DNA of 64,000 bases. It comes from Solirubrobacterales bacterium. GTDB taxonomy: Bacteria; Actinomycetota; Thermoleophilia; Solirubrobacterales; 70-9. The stretch is from contig DASUZK010000059.1 in assembly GCA_036376915.1 (NCBI GenBank), positions 43,249 to 107,248 of the forward strand, in the 5' to 3' direction. Within the stretch, counting starts at the first letter, position 1; each line of letters starts with the position of its first letter. The translations under genes were made by a program, and so were the position numbers. The notes under the pieces are model-generated. The model did not search any database, was not told where the DNA came from, and was given only the letters and a program-made list of their open reading frames with translations. Positions 42,378 to 52,866 of this stretch are shown piece after piece.

Positions 42378-44267
42378 ATGCGCCGGTTGAACCACCCCGT
42401 CTACCGCAACCGGGTCCTCCAGTTGGTTGCCGACGGCGCCCTCGTCGCGCTGGCCTTCTACCTGGCCTTCCGCCTGCGCTTCCTCGACGATCCGAACGGC
42501 CTGCCCGACCGCTACTGGACGCTGTTCCTGCAGGCCGTCGGTTTCGTCGTCGCCGTCAAGCTCTCGGTCTTCGCCGCCTTCGGGCTCTACCAGAAGTGGT
42601 GGCGCTACGTCAGCGGCCGCGACTTCCTCTTGATCGTCCGCGCGGTTGCCGTCTCCAGCGCGATCCTCGTCGTCGCCTTCACGGTGATCCAGCCCTTCGC
42701 CCACAGCCTGCCGCGCTCGGTCGCGGTGATGGACTTTCTCCTGACGCTGATGCTGATCACCGGGGCCCGGCTCGCGGTGCGGCTGATCGTCGAGCGACCC
42801 TCGCGCGCCGGCCGCCTCCCCAGGCACGAGGTGCTCGTGGTGGGCGCCGGCTCCGGTGGGCAGATGGTCGTGCGGGAGCTGCAGCTCAACCCGGACCTTG
42901 GGGCGACCGCGATCGGGTTCGTCGACGACGACCCTCGCAAGCGGGGGATGCGGATGCTCGGTCTCAAGGTGCTCGGGTCGACCAAGCAGATCGCGACGAT
43001 CCTCGACGAGACCCAGCCCGACGAGGTCGTGATCGCGATCCCCTCCGCCCCCGGGACCCTCCGCGCCAAGGTCGTAGCCGCCTGCCGCGAGCGCGAGATC
43101 CGGGTGCGCACGCTGCCGACCGTGTTCGAGCTCCTGCGCGGCGGGGTCCAGCTCAACAAGCAGCTGCGCGACGTCCAGGTCGAGGACGTGCTCGGCCGCG
43201 ACCCGATCGTCTTCGAGCTGGACCGAGTCGGTGCCTACCTGCGCGACCGCATCGTTCTCGTAACCGGCGCCGGCGGCTCGATCGGCTCCGAGCTCTGCCG
43301 CCAGATCGCCCGCGTCGGGCCGCGCCTGCTGGTGATGCTCGACCACGCCGAGGACAACCTCTTCGAGATCGACCGCGAGATGGTCGAGGAGCGGCACTTC
43401 ACCAGCGTCGAGTCGGTGCTCGCCGACTGCAAGGAGCCGCACCGGATGCTGGAGGCGATGCAACGCTTCAAGCCCAGCGTCGTCTTCCACGCGGCCGCCT
43501 ACAAGCACGTGCCGCTGATGGAGGCCAACCCCCTGGAGGCCGTCCGCAACAACGCGATCGCCACCCGGATCACCGCGGAGGCCGCCGCCGCCTCCGACGT
43601 CGAGCGCTTCGTCCTGATATCGACCGACAAGGCGGTCAACCCGAAGACCGTGATGGGCGCCTCGAAGGCGATGGCCGAGTGGATCGTCGAGTCCGCCGGC
43701 CGCAAGCACCCTGGCACCCGCTTCGCCAGCGTCCGCTTCGGCAACGTGCTCGCCTCCTCGGGCAGCGTCGTGCCGATCTTCCGCGGCCAGATAGAGCGCG
43801 GCGGGCCGGTGACGGTCACCCACCCGGAGATGACCCGCTACTTCATGACGATCCCGGAGGCCGTGCAGCTGGTGATCCGCGCCGGCGACATCGGCGCCGG
43901 CAAGGGCGAGGTCTTCGTCCTCGACATGGGCGAGCCGGTGCGGATCGTCGACCTCGCCCACAACATGATCCGGCTCGCCGGCTACGAGCCGGAAGCTGAC
44001 GTCGCGATCGAGTTCACCAAGCCTCGCCCGGGGGAGAAGCTGCACGAGGAACTGTTCGGCGTGGCCGAGAGCGGGCAGCCGACCGCGGCGAAGCGGATCC
44101 GCCGCGCCGTGCGGGAAACGCCGCTCGACGCGGACTGGGTCGAGGCGACGCTCAACTCGTTGGAGGACCTGGTGCTGGCCGGTGACGAGGTTAACCTGGC
44201 GCAGCGAGTCGTCGAGATGATCACCGCACCGGGCGGGGACGCGGCGGCGGTCGCCTACGACGAGTAG
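42378..44267 (+). CDS. membrane-bound nucleotide-sugar 4,6-dehydratase/epimerase (CapD/WbpM/PglF-like)
   Basis: The ATG gives MRRLNHPVYRNRVLQLVADG, followed by 4 TM helices. Rossmann motifs VVGAGSGG and VTGAGGSIGSEL, plus YKHVP, STDKAVNP and YF-MTIPEAV. Confidence 0.88.
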   Translation: MRRLNHPVYRNRVLQLVADGALVALAFYLAFRLRFLDDPNGLPDRYWTLFLQAVGFVVAVKLSVFAAFGLYQKWWRYVSGRDFLLIVRAVAVSSAILVVAFTVIQPFAHSLPRSVAVMDFLLTLMLITGARLAVRLIVERPSRAGRLPRHEVLVVGAGSGGQMVVRELQLNPDLGATAIGFVDDDPRKRGMRMLGLKVLGSTKQIATILDETQPDEVVIAIPSAPGTLRAKVVAACREREIRVRTLPTVFELLRGGVQLNKQLRDVQVEDVLGRDPIVFELDRVGAYLRDRIVLVTGAGGSIGSELCRQIARVGPRLLVMLDHAEDNLFEIDREMVEERHFTSVESVLADCKEPHRMLEAMQRFKPSVVFHAAAYKHVPLMEANPLEAVRNNAIATRITAEAAAASDVERFVLISTDKAVNPKTVMGASKAMAEWIVESAGRKHPGTRFASVRFGNVLASSGSVVPIFRGQIERGGPVTVTHPEMTRYFMTIPEAVQLVIRAGDIGAGKGEVFVLDMGEPVRIVDLAHNMIRLAGYEPEADVAIEFTKPRPGEKLHEELFGVAESGQPTAAKRIRRAVRETPLDADWVEATLNSLEDLVLAGDEVNLAQRVVEMITAPGGDAAAVAYDE

Positions 44268-44281
44268 CCTCTCGCAGCCAC

Positions 44282-45052
44282 TTGGAGTTGATCAAGGAAA
44301 TCGGTGCCTTCGCGGGCTTGGCTGCGTTTCTCGGGCTTGCCGTTTTGGCGATGCTCGCCTTCTCCCAGGGGCGGGACGTTCGGCGCCTGCGTGAGTGGGC
44401 CGGCTCCGCCCCCGAGCGCGACAGCGAGCGCAAGGAGACGACCTCGGCGGTCGCGGCGAAACGAGCCGAGGAGCTGCGGGCCCTCGAGGAGGCGCGCACG
44501 GCCGAGCAGGCGGCGCTGGAGGAGCGCCAGGAGCGCCGCCGCCGTCGCGAGGCGGGGCTGCCGGAGCAGACCCGCCTCGAGCGCCTGCGGGGGGCCCTGT
44601 CCACTTTCGGCGCTCATCTCGCCGAGCCGCGCTATCTCGTGGCCACCTTCGTCGTCCTGGCCGCGCTTGCCGCGGGGGCCGTCTACCTGGTGACCCAGGA
44701 CTCCGACGACGCCGGCGGCAAAGGCGGCCAAGGCAAGGCCGCGGCGCGGATGAAGCCGGCCGAAATCGAGGTGACCGTGCTGAACGGGACCGCCGTCGCC
44801 GGTCTTGCCGCCACCTACGGCGACAAGGTCGAGCGCAAGGGCTTTCAGCTCGGCGCGGTGACCAACAGCAGCACCAGCTTCGCCGACAGCGTCGTCATGT
44901 TCGAGCGGGGCCATGCTCCGGAGGCACGCCGGGTCGCGGCTGCCCTGGGGATCTCGGAGGCCCTGCCGATGACCGCCGACGTCGCCGCCGTCTCAGGCGG
45001 CGCACCGGTCTCGGTGATCGTCGGCGAGGACAATGCAGCGACCGAAGGCTGA
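44282..45052 (+). CDS. LytR_C-domain membrane protein with charged coiled-coil linker
   Basis: TTG start. TM, an E/R-rich segment, a second TM, then EVTVLNGTAVAGLAATYGDKVERKGFQLGAVTN...VVMFE. Confidence 0.7.
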   Translation: MELIKEIGAFAGLAAFLGLAVLAMLAFSQGRDVRRLREWAGSAPERDSERKETTSAVAAKRAEELRALEEARTAEQAALEERQERRRRREAGLPEQTRLERLRGALSTFGAHLAEPRYLVATFVVLAALAAGAVYLVTQDSDDAGGKGGQGKAAARMKPAEIEVTVLNGTAVAGLAATYGDKVERKGFQLGAVTNSSTSFADSVVMFERGHAPEARRVAAALGISEALPMTADVAAVSGGAPVSVIVGEDNAATEG

Positions 45053-45551
45053 TGCCTGGGCCGCGCTCGTCTTCGCGCTCCTAGTCCTCGCAACCCTCGC
45101 CGCCTTCGCCTGGTCCCAGCGCTTGAAGCGCGACCCACTGGTGCTGGACAAGGTTTCCTTCGTTGCCGTCCCGAAAGTGGCTCCAGAGCCGGGAGAAGCT
45201 CGGGAGGTCGTCCGACCCTTCACTCCCAACGACGATTGCCGCTTCGACCGCGAGCGGATTCGCTTCCGGGTTACCCAGACTGACCATGCCACGGTCCAGG
45301 TGGTGAAGCCCGGCGGCAAGCTCGTCATCACGCTCGCCCGCGACCGTCTCCTCGAGCGCTACAAGTTCCACACCTACTACTGGGACGGTCGCGAACGCAA
45401 CGACGGCATCGCGCCCCCCGGTCGCTACAAGCTGCGGGTCAAGCTGCTCGGCCAGGGCCGGGTGCTCGTGCCGCCGGGAGCGATGAAACTGCACCGTGCC
45501 CAGCGGCGTCCGGTGGGGCCGTGCGTTGCGGGCGAAGGGAGCCAAGGTTGA
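45033..45551 (+). CDS. membrane-anchored protein with FlgD-Ig-like beta-sandwich
   Basis: N-terminal TM. VQVVKPGGKLVITL...YYWDGRERNDGIAPPGRYKLRV. Confidence 0.55.
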   Translation: MQRPKADAWAALVFALLVLATLAAFAWSQRLKRDPLVLDKVSFVAVPKVAPEPGEAREVVRPFTPNDDCRFDRERIRFRVTQTDHATVQVVKPGGKLVITLARDRLLERYKFHTYYWDGRERNDGIAPPGRYKLRVKLLGQGRVLVPPGAMKLHRAQRRPVGPCVAGEGSQG

Positions 45552-47152
45552 GCGAGGTCCTTTCCGGGGTGGGGGTCCTGATCGCCGGCGGCACGGCAGC
45601 GGCAGCGATCCTGCTGCCGTCGGGTCGCCTCCGCGCAGCCCTGATGCTCCTCGCGCTGGCTCTCTTCCCGGTTTTGATCGTCGGCGACCAGTGGGACATG
45701 CGAGCGATTGCCGACCTGCGCGACAGCACCGGCCGCATGGTCGCTCTTGGTGCACTGGCTGTAGGCGCCTCCGTGGCCCTCGCCTTCGTCTTTCGACGCT
45801 GGTCGATGCTGCTGCCCCTCGCAATCGTCGCCGCGCTGCCATTCCGGGTGCCACTACATGCCGGTGGAGACACCGCCAACCTGCTCGTACCGCTGTATCT
45901 CGTCATCGCGGGCGGTGTGTTGGCCTCGGCGGTGAGGGACTGGAGCGCTCGGCCGGCGGGCCCTGTCGCCGCAGGGGGCCCACCACCCCCTGCGGTCGCT
46001 AAAGCGTCCTCGGGGGCGGTCCCCCCTTCAGCGCCACCCGCCGGACGGGCGGTTGTCTGGCTGCCTAGGGTTCTCGCCGCGGTGGTGGCGTTGTACGCGG
46101 TGCAGGTTCTGTACTCCGAGGACTTCTCGAAAGGGCTGCAGGACGTTTGCTTCTTCTTCGTTCCGTTCAGCTTGGTCTACGCCTTGCTGAGCGACGTGAG
46201 CTGGAGTCGAAAGCTTCTCGTGGCCGTTCTCTGGGTGGTCGCCGTTGAGGCAGTGGCATTCGTGGTCGTCGGCTCTGTCGAGTACCTGAGCCGGAGCTTG
46301 TTCTGGAACGACCAGGTGATCCGCTCGAACGAATTCCACACCTACTTCAGGGTCAACTCGGTCTTCTGGGACCCCAACATCTACGGGCGGTACCTGGCAC
46401 TGGTGGCAGTAGCTGCCATGTCGGCGCTGATGTGGGCCCGGGAGCGGCGTGACCTGGCGCTGCTCACGGCACTCGTCGCAATCGTTTGGGTCGGGCTCTT
46501 CCCAACCTTCTCGCAGTCGAGCTTCGTCGCCTTGCTTGGGGGCTTGGCGGTGCTGGCGGCTTTGAAGTGGAGCTTTCGCTGGACGCTCGCCACGGTCGCT
46601 GCTCTAGCGGTTGCAGGTGTACTGGTGATCCTGCTCGCCGGCGGCTCCTCCAAGCTCAGCCCCGATCGGATCAACGTCGACCTGAGCGGACGCGGCAACC
46701 TGATCTCTGGAGGCATCCACCTCTTCGCCCAGCGCCCCGTCTACGGCTACGGATCGGGCAGCTTTCCCAAGGCGTACCGCCAGCACGTCAAGACGAAGGA
46801 GGTTCCGGTCTCGGTCTCCCACACGGAGCCGATCACCATTGCCGCTGAGCAGGGCCTCCTAGGTCTCGCGCTCTACACAGCTTTGGTCCTGACAGCCCTA
46901 TGGACGATGGCCCCAGGCTTGTCCCGCTCGCTGCCCAGCTCATCCGTCTCTCGCGCGACAGGACCCGCGCGCCAGCTGCCAATAGCTCGGGTCGCGGTCC
47001 TAGCAACCTTCACAGCCCTACTAGTCCACACGATGGCCTACGCAGGCTTCTTTGAGGACCCCATCACCTGGGTCCTCCTGGCCGCCGGCGTCTCCCTCGC
47101 AGCCGCCGAGCAACGTAGGCTCGCCGCGTGTCCGGATACCTCCGCCGCCTAG
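45548..47152 (+). CDS. O-antigen ligase/polymerase-like (Wzy_C) membrane protein
   Basis: Many TM helices. SQSSFVALLGGLAVL...SHTEPITIAAEQGLLGLALY. TTGA overlap with the upstream gene. Confidence 0.75.
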   Translation: MSEVLSGVGVLIAGGTAAAAILLPSGRLRAALMLLALALFPVLIVGDQWDMRAIADLRDSTGRMVALGALAVGASVALAFVFRRWSMLLPLAIVAALPFRVPLHAGGDTANLLVPLYLVIAGGVLASAVRDWSARPAGPVAAGGPPPPAVAKASSGAVPPSAPPAGRAVVWLPRVLAAVVALYAVQVLYSEDFSKGLQDVCFFFVPFSLVYALLSDVSWSRKLLVAVLWVVAVEAVAFVVVGSVEYLSRSLFWNDQVIRSNEFHTYFRVNSVFWDPNIYGRYLALVAVAAMSALMWARERRDLALLTALVAIVWVGLFPTFSQSSFVALLGGLAVLAALKWSFRWTLATVAALAVAGVLVILLAGGSSKLSPDRINVDLSGRGNLISGGIHLFAQRPVYGYGSGSFPKAYRQHVKTKEVPVSVSHTEPITIAAEQGLLGLALYTALVLTALWTMAPGLSRSLPSSSVSRATGPARQLPIARVAVLATFTALLVHTMAYAGFFEDPITWVLLAAGVSLAAAEQRRLAACPDTSAA

Positions 47153-48711
47153 CGACCACCGGTGCCGCCTACACGGCGGCGAGCATCTTCTCGAAGCTGA
47201 TCGCGGTCGCGCTGCTGCCGCTGTACACGCGCTACCTGGCGCCCGAGGACTACGGCGCCGCCGAGGTGATGTTCGCCGCGGTCGTCTCGGCCAGCATCGT
47301 CGTCCGGCTCGGCGTGATCGAGGCCCTGCTGCGCTTCTACTACAAGGACGACGAGAACCCCGCTCGCGTCCTCTCGACCTCCTTCGCCGCGCTCTTCTGG
47401 TTCTCCACCGTGGCGGCCCTGGTCGCCCTGCCCTTCGCCGGGCCGATCTCCGAAGCGCTGCTCCCCGAACCGGCCGACCTCGACCCCCGCGAGGCAGTCG
47501 CCTGGCCGGGCGACGCTGCGGACCTGGCCCGGATCTCGATCGCCGGCCTCTGGGTGCTGACGCTGCACGAGTACCTGCTGACGATCTTCCGGCTCGAAGA
47601 GCGAGCTCGCGCCTTCTTCGTGACGACGATGCTGAACGTGGTGGCGGCGATCGGGCTGACGGTCGTCTTGGTCGTGGGCGCCGACGAGGGCGCTCGCGGC
47701 CTGCTGCTGGGGAGCTACGCCAGCGGCGCCGTCTTCGTGCTCGGGCTGATCGCCTACCACTGGCGTCGCCTCTCGCTCTGGATCGACCGGGCGCTGTTGC
47801 GGCGCCTGCTGCGCTTCGGCACTCCGACGATGCCGGCGGAGCTCTCGCTCTACGCGCTCAACTTCGTCGACCGGATCATCATCGTCCGTACCCTTGGCCT
47901 GGCCGAGGCAGGCCTCTACTCGCTGGCCGTCAAGTTCGCCCAGGCGGTCAACGTCCTGGTGCGGGGCTTCCAGCTCGCCTGGCCGCCGCTCGCCTACTCG
48001 ATCCGCGACGACGAGGACGCCCGCCGCGCCTACGCCGCGGTGGTCACCTGGTTCGTGGTCGGCGGCGCCTTCGTCGTCTCCGGCATGTGGCTGCTCTCGC
48101 GTTGGATCGTGCGCGCCCTGGCGGCGCCGGAGTTCTTCGACGCCTACGAGCCGATCGGCCTGATCGCCGCCGGGGTCACGCTCTACGCGCTCTACATGGT
48201 GCTCGTCGTCATCCTCGGCCGCACCGGACGCACCGAGTTCAACTTCCCCGCGACGGGGGCGGCCCTCGTCGCCAACGTCGCCCTCAACCTCCTCCTCGTG
48301 CCGCCGTTCGGCATCGTCGGAGCCGGCGTCGCCCTCGTCGCCTCTTACCTGGTCGTGCTGGCCCTGATGTACGGCTTCACCCAACGTCTCTTCCCGGTGC
48401 CCTACGAATGGGGCCGTCTCGCCCGGGTCGTCCTGGTCTCGGCCGCGCTCGTCGCCGCGGGCGAGCTGCTGCTCCCGACCGACGGCCTCGTCGGCCTGCT
48501 CTCCCGGACTCTCCTCTGGCTCGCCTACCCGCTTGCCCTGCTCGCGATCGGCTTCTTCACTCCTGGCGAGCGCGCCTGGCTGGCCCAGCTTCGCAACCCG
48601 GCCGACCTCGTCCGCCGGCTGCGAGCGTTCCGCCCGCGCCCGCCCGCTGTCGACGGCCGCATCCCCGAGGCTGCAGAGGTCGAGCAGATGGACGAGGACT
48701 CCCGCTTCTAA
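47128..48711 (+). CDS. polysaccharide flippase (Wzx/MOP superfamily)
   Basis: About 14 TM helices. N-terminus AAYTAASIFSKLIAVALLPLYTRYLAPEDYG. Confidence 0.8.
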   Translation: MSGYLRRLATTGAAYTAASIFSKLIAVALLPLYTRYLAPEDYGAAEVMFAAVVSASIVVRLGVIEALLRFYYKDDENPARVLSTSFAALFWFSTVAALVALPFAGPISEALLPEPADLDPREAVAWPGDAADLARISIAGLWVLTLHEYLLTIFRLEERARAFFVTTMLNVVAAIGLTVVLVVGADEGARGLLLGSYASGAVFVLGLIAYHWRRLSLWIDRALLRRLLRFGTPTMPAELSLYALNFVDRIIIVRTLGLAEAGLYSLAVKFAQAVNVLVRGFQLAWPPLAYSIRDDEDARRAYAAVVTWFVVGGAFVVSGMWLLSRWIVRALAAPEFFDAYEPIGLIAAGVTLYALYMVLVVILGRTGRTEFNFPATGAALVANVALNLLLVPPFGIVGAGVALVASYLVVLALMYGFTQRLFPVPYEWGRLARVVLVSAALVAAGELLLPTDGLVGLLSRTLLWLAYPLALLAIGFFTPGERAWLAQLRNPADLVRRLRAFRPRPPAVDGRIPEAAEVEQMDEDSRF

Positions 48712-48762
48712 CCGCCGACTTGTCTTTGTCTTTCTTCGCCAGTACGGCGAATAAGTGCGAAG

Positions 48763-49686
48763 TCAGCGATTTGCCAGGTCGGCGATGCTAGTCCCGTGGG
48801 CGGGAAGGAGCGCCTGGCGGGCGTGGGCCCAGTAGACCATGGCCGGGTGGCTTGGGAGGACGGTCGCGGCAATCGCGCGGAGCGCATAGGACCAAGCGGT
48901 GAAGGCGCGGACGGTAAAGGCTGCGGCTCGACCGCGGTGCTTGCGCATATAGAGGTCGCGGTTGCGGTGGAATTCGACGATCCGGGGGAGGCCCTTGGCG
49001 AGGTCGGTGGAGAGCTGGTCGTGGTGGACGGCCTCGGCAGCGGGGACGAAGAGACTGTGCCAGCCGGCGTCGGCCAGGCGCTTGGCGAAATCGCACTCGT
49101 CGTAGTAGACGAAGAAGGCGGGGTCCATGTATCCCACCTCGACGGCCGCCTCGCGCCGCACGAGCAGCGCGCTCGACTGCGCCCAGTCGACTCGGCGGGT
49201 GGCGCTGCCCCTGCTCTGCACGGTCAGCCGGCGGTGTAGGAACAGCGCCCCGGCGAGGGCGGTGCCGACGCCGGGGAAGCGCCAGGCGCAGGGCACTGGC
49301 ACTCCGCTGGAGTCGAGCAGCTGAGCACCCGCGGCCGCCGCCCGCGGCTCGGCCTCGAGCGCCGCGACCAGGGCCTCCGCCGCACCGGGGCGCAGCTCGG
49401 AGTCCTCGTTGAGCAGCAGGCAGTAGCGACCGCCTGCCTCCCGCATCAGGGTCGAGTCGTTCTCGGCCTTGCCCGTCCGCCGCTCCAGTGCGATCAGGCG
49501 AACGTCGCCGCGCGCGCGAACCGCCTCGACCGAGCCGTCGTCCGAGGCGTTGTCGAGGACGAGGATCTCGCGCTCGACTCCGGCCGGGTGCGTGCGCTCG
49601 ATCGCGTCGAGGCAAGCGAGCAGGTACTCGCGGCCGTTCGTGTTCACGACGCAGTAGGAGAGCGTGGGGGCCAAGAGGGTCACCAT
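48763..49686 (-). CDS. glycosyltransferase family 2
   Basis: SYCVVNTNGREYL...VLDNASDDGS...LNEDSEL. Confidence 0.85.
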   Translation of the reverse strand: MVTLLAPTLSYCVVNTNGREYLLACLDAIERTHPAGVEREILVLDNASDDGSVEAVRARGDVRLIALERRTGKAENDSTLMREAGGRYCLLLNEDSELRPGAAEALVAALEAEPRAAAAGAQLLDSSGVPVPCAWRFPGVGTALAGALFLHRRLTVQSRGSATRRVDWAQSSALLVRREAAVEVGYMDPAFFVYYDECDFAKRLADAGWHSLFVPAAEAVHHDQLSTDLAKGLPRIVEFHRNRDLYMRKHRGRAAAFTVRAFTAWSYALRAIAATVLPSHPAMVYWAHARQALLPAHGTSIADLANR

Positions 49687-49697
49687 AATCGCGCCTG

Positions 49698-50804
49698 ATG
49701 CGGGTTCAGCTAGTCGACCCCTCGGCCTTCACGCCGCCGTACGACCACGCCCTGGCCGCGGCCCTCGCCCGTGCCGGCGCCGACGTCGAGCTGCTGACCA
49801 GCCGCTTTCTCTACGGCCCGGTACCCCCTGCCGAGGGCTACCGAGTGCGCGAGTGCTTCTATCGCCGCACCTCGCCGCGCGGCCTCGATGCCCCCGGCCG
49901 CCGCGCCCTCAAGGCGGCGGAGCACCTGCCCGACATGCTGCGCCTGCGGCGTGCCCTCGACGCCGACGTCGTCCACTACCAGTGGCTGACGATGCCGGGC
50001 ATCGACGCGCACATGCTGCCGTCGCACCGGCCGCGCGTGCTCACCGCGCACTACGTGCTGCCCCCGCGCCCGAGCCGCCGCGATCTGGCGACGGCACGGC
50101 GGGCGTTCGGACGCATGGACGCGGTCGTCGCCCACTCCGAGCACGGCGCCGCGCGGCTGCGAGACGAGGTCGGCCTGGACCCCGACCGCGTCCGCGTCAT
50201 CCCCCATGGCGCCTTCGACTACCTCACCCGCCTTCCCGAAGAGAAGCCGCTGGCAGCCGAGCTCCAGGGCGCCGAGGGCCCGGTGATCCTCTTCTTCGGC
50301 CTGCTGCGCCCCTACAAGGGGATCGACACGCTGCTCCAGGCCTTCCGCGAGGTTCGCGGCGCCGAGCTCTGGATCGTCGGCAACCCGCGCATGGATCTGG
50401 AGGCACTGAAGCGCCTCGCCGTCGAGATCCCGAGCCGCGTCCGCTTCCTCACCCGCTTCGTCGAGGACGCCGAGATCCCGGCGATCTTCCGCCGCGCCGA
50501 CGTCGTCGTCCTCCCCTACCGCGACGCCGAGCACTCCGGCGTGCTCTACACCGGCCTCGCCTTCGGCAAGCCGATGGTGCTCAGCGCCGTCGGCGGGTTC
50601 CCCGAGGTCGCGGCGACCGCCGCCGCCCGGCTCGTCCCGCCCGAGGACCCCGTCGCGCTCGCGAGCGCCCTGAACGAGCTCGTCGCGGACCCCGCCGCCC
50701 GCGCGCCCCTGGCTCGGTCCGCGAGCGAGGCCGCCGCCGGCCCCTACTCCTGGGACACGGTTGCCGCCCAGACCCTCGCCCTCTACGCGGACCTCCTCGC
50801 CTGA
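49698..50804 (+). CDS. glycosyltransferase family 4 (GT-B, group 1)
   Basis: FFGLLRPYKGID, LPYRDAEHSGVL, GKPMVLSAVGGFPE. Confidence 0.85.
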   Translation: MRVQLVDPSAFTPPYDHALAAALARAGADVELLTSRFLYGPVPPAEGYRVRECFYRRTSPRGLDAPGRRALKAAEHLPDMLRLRRALDADVVHYQWLTMPGIDAHMLPSHRPRVLTAHYVLPPRPSRRDLATARRAFGRMDAVVAHSEHGAARLRDEVGLDPDRVRVIPHGAFDYLTRLPEEKPLAAELQGAEGPVILFFGLLRPYKGIDTLLQAFREVRGAELWIVGNPRMDLEALKRLAVEIPSRVRFLTRFVEDAEIPAIFRRADVVVLPYRDAEHSGVLYTGLAFGKPMVLSAVGGFPEVAATAAARLVPPEDPVALASALNELVADPAARAPLARSASEAAAGPYSWDTVAAQTLALYADLLA

Positions 50805-50873
50805 CCGCACGTTCCGGTGCGCTCTATGCCACTCATGACCACATAAAGCGCACCGGAAGCAGATAATCGCCGG

Positions 50874-51998
50874 ATGCTTGCCGCTCTCTTCTGGGTCTCC
50901 GCCGGGTTGATCGTCTACACGCACCTCGGCTACCCGCTCGCGCTGCGGGCGTTGCTCGCCCTGCGCCGCCGACCGACGCTCGAGCCCGGCACCTGGGAGG
51001 AGCCGCCCCGCGTCTCGTTGATAGTCGCCGCCTACGACGAGGAGGAGGTGATCGCGGCCAAGGTCGCCAACGCGCTGGCGCTCGAGTACCCGCGCGAGCG
51101 CCTCGAGCTGATCGTCGCCTCCGACGGCTCCACTGACGCAACGGCGGAGAGGGCGCGCGCCGCCGGCGCCGACATCGTGCTGGAGCTGCCTCGCGGCGGC
51201 AAGCTCGCGGTCCAGAACGCCGCCGCCGAGAGCGCCTCGGGTGAGATCCTCGCCTTCTCCGACGCCAACAGCTCCTGGAGCCCTGACGCCCTGCGCCACC
51301 TGGTCGAGCCCTTCGCCGATCCCGCGGTCGGCTATGCCTGCGGCCAGGTCCGGTTCCTCGACTCCGGCGGCGAGAACCTCGAGGGCGCCTACTGGCGCTA
51401 CGAGATGAAGGTTCGGGAGATGGAGTCGGCCCTGGGCGGCGTCACCGCTGGCAACGGCGCGATCTACGCGGTACGGGCCAGCGCTTATGTCCCGCTTGCC
51501 CCTTCCGGGAGCCACGACCTCTCGTTCCCCTTCCAGCTGGCGAAGAGGGGGAAGCGCTCCCTCTACGTTCCCTGGGCTCGTGCCGAGGAGAAGATGGTGC
51601 CGACCATGGAGGGCGAGTTTGCCCGCAAACGGCGGATGATGGTCGGCCTCTGGGACATCGTCGTCGGCGAGCGGATGATCTCTCCGCGCGGCTACTCCCC
51701 GCTCTACGCCTTCGAGCTCGCCTCGCACCGCCTGCTCCGCTACATGTCTCCCTTCCTGCACCTGTTCGCCTTCGTCGTCAACCTTTTGTTGCTGGACCAG
51801 GGCTGGGTCTACGTCCTCGCCTACGGGGTCCAGCTGGCCGCGATCGCGGCCGCGATCCTCGGCGGCCAGTTCTCGTGGAGACCCCTGCGCCTAGCCCGCC
51901 ACTACGCACTGAGCACGCTCTCGATCGCCGCCGGTCTCTGGGACCGCCTCCGCAAGGGCCCCCCGGCGGCCTGGGAGAAGGCCCCCGGAACTCGATGA
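50874..51998 (+). CDS. membrane glycosyltransferase family 2
   Basis: VSLIVAAYDEEEVI, ASDGSTD, FSDANS, RKRRM (QxxRW-like region), and C-terminal TM helices. Confidence 0.8.
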   Translation: MLAALFWVSAGLIVYTHLGYPLALRALLALRRRPTLEPGTWEEPPRVSLIVAAYDEEEVIAAKVANALALEYPRERLELIVASDGSTDATAERARAAGADIVLELPRGGKLAVQNAAAESASGEILAFSDANSSWSPDALRHLVEPFADPAVGYACGQVRFLDSGGENLEGAYWRYEMKVREMESALGGVTAGNGAIYAVRASAYVPLAPSGSHDLSFPFQLAKRGKRSLYVPWARAEEKMVPTMEGEFARKRRMMVGLWDIVVGERMISPRGYSPLYAFELASHRLLRYMSPFLHLFAFVVNLLLLDQGWVYVLAYGVQLAAIAAAILGGQFSWRPLRLARHYALSTLSIAAGLWDRLRKGPPAAWEKAPGTR

Positions 51999-52019
51999 CG
52001 CGTCGTCATCGGTAGCCAA

Positions 52020-52583
52020 ATGCCAAGGATTTTGGACATAGCCATTGCGTCGATCGCGCTCGCACTCCTCTCGCCCGTGTTGTTGGTTGCAGCGGTCGCG
52101 ATCAAGCTGGGCAGCAGGGGCCCCGTCCTCTACCGGCAGCGACGGGTCGGCCTCAACGGCGAGGAGTTCGAGATGCTGAAGCTGCGCACGATGGTCGAGG
52201 GCTCCGACCCGGTCGGCGTCGGCATCGCCGTCACCCGCGACGACCCCCGCGTCACCGCTGCTGGGCGCATCCTGCGACGCACCTCGCTCGACGAGATCCC
52301 CAACCTGGTCAACGTCCTGCGCGGCGAGATGGCGATCGTCGGGCCCCGCCCGACGATCCCGGCCCAGGTGAAGGACTACGCGCCGCGCCAGCGCCGCCGC
52401 CACGAGGTCCGCCCCGGGATCACCGGCTGGGCCCAGGTCCAGGGCCGCGCCGGCATCCCCTGGGAGGAGCGGATCGAGCTCGACGTCGAGTACGTCGATC
52501 GCCGCAGCACCGCCCTCGACGTCCGCATCCTCGCCAAGACCGCCTGGCTCCTCGTAACCGGCCACGGGCTGGCGCCGGATTAG
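52020..52583 (+). CDS. small monotopic phosphoglycosyl (sugar) transferase, PglC/WbaP-C-like
   Basis: SPVLLVAAVAIKLGSRGPVLYRQRRVGLNGEEFEMLKLRTM, DEIPNLVNVLRGEMAIVGPRP, PGITGWAQV. Confidence 0.88.
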   Translation: MPRILDIAIASIALALLSPVLLVAAVAIKLGSRGPVLYRQRRVGLNGEEFEMLKLRTMVEGSDPVGVGIAVTRDDPRVTAAGRILRRTSLDEIPNLVNVLRGEMAIVGPRPTIPAQVKDYAPRQRRRHEVRPGITGWAQVQGRAGIPWEERIELDVEYVDRRSTALDVRILAKTAWLLVTGHGLAPD

Positions 52584-52866
52584 CTCGGCTTCCGGGGCCA
52601 GGCTCCGTCAGCGCCACCGGTCCGCCCTATTTCCTTGATCCACTCCACCGACAATCGATCACCAGTCGGTCGGGGATCGTGGCTCAAAGGAAGGTCATGG
52701 CGTCGACACCTTGCCCTCCCGGTTCATCCAATGTTCCGCAGTGAGGCTCCGAGTCTTTGTGGAGTGGCACCAGCACGAAGAGCGCGTGGTTGAGATCGTC
52801 CCGCCCGATCATCCTGCTGCCAGGCAGGTCTATTCGATCGGGCCTGGCCCGAATAGGCTTGGCGCG

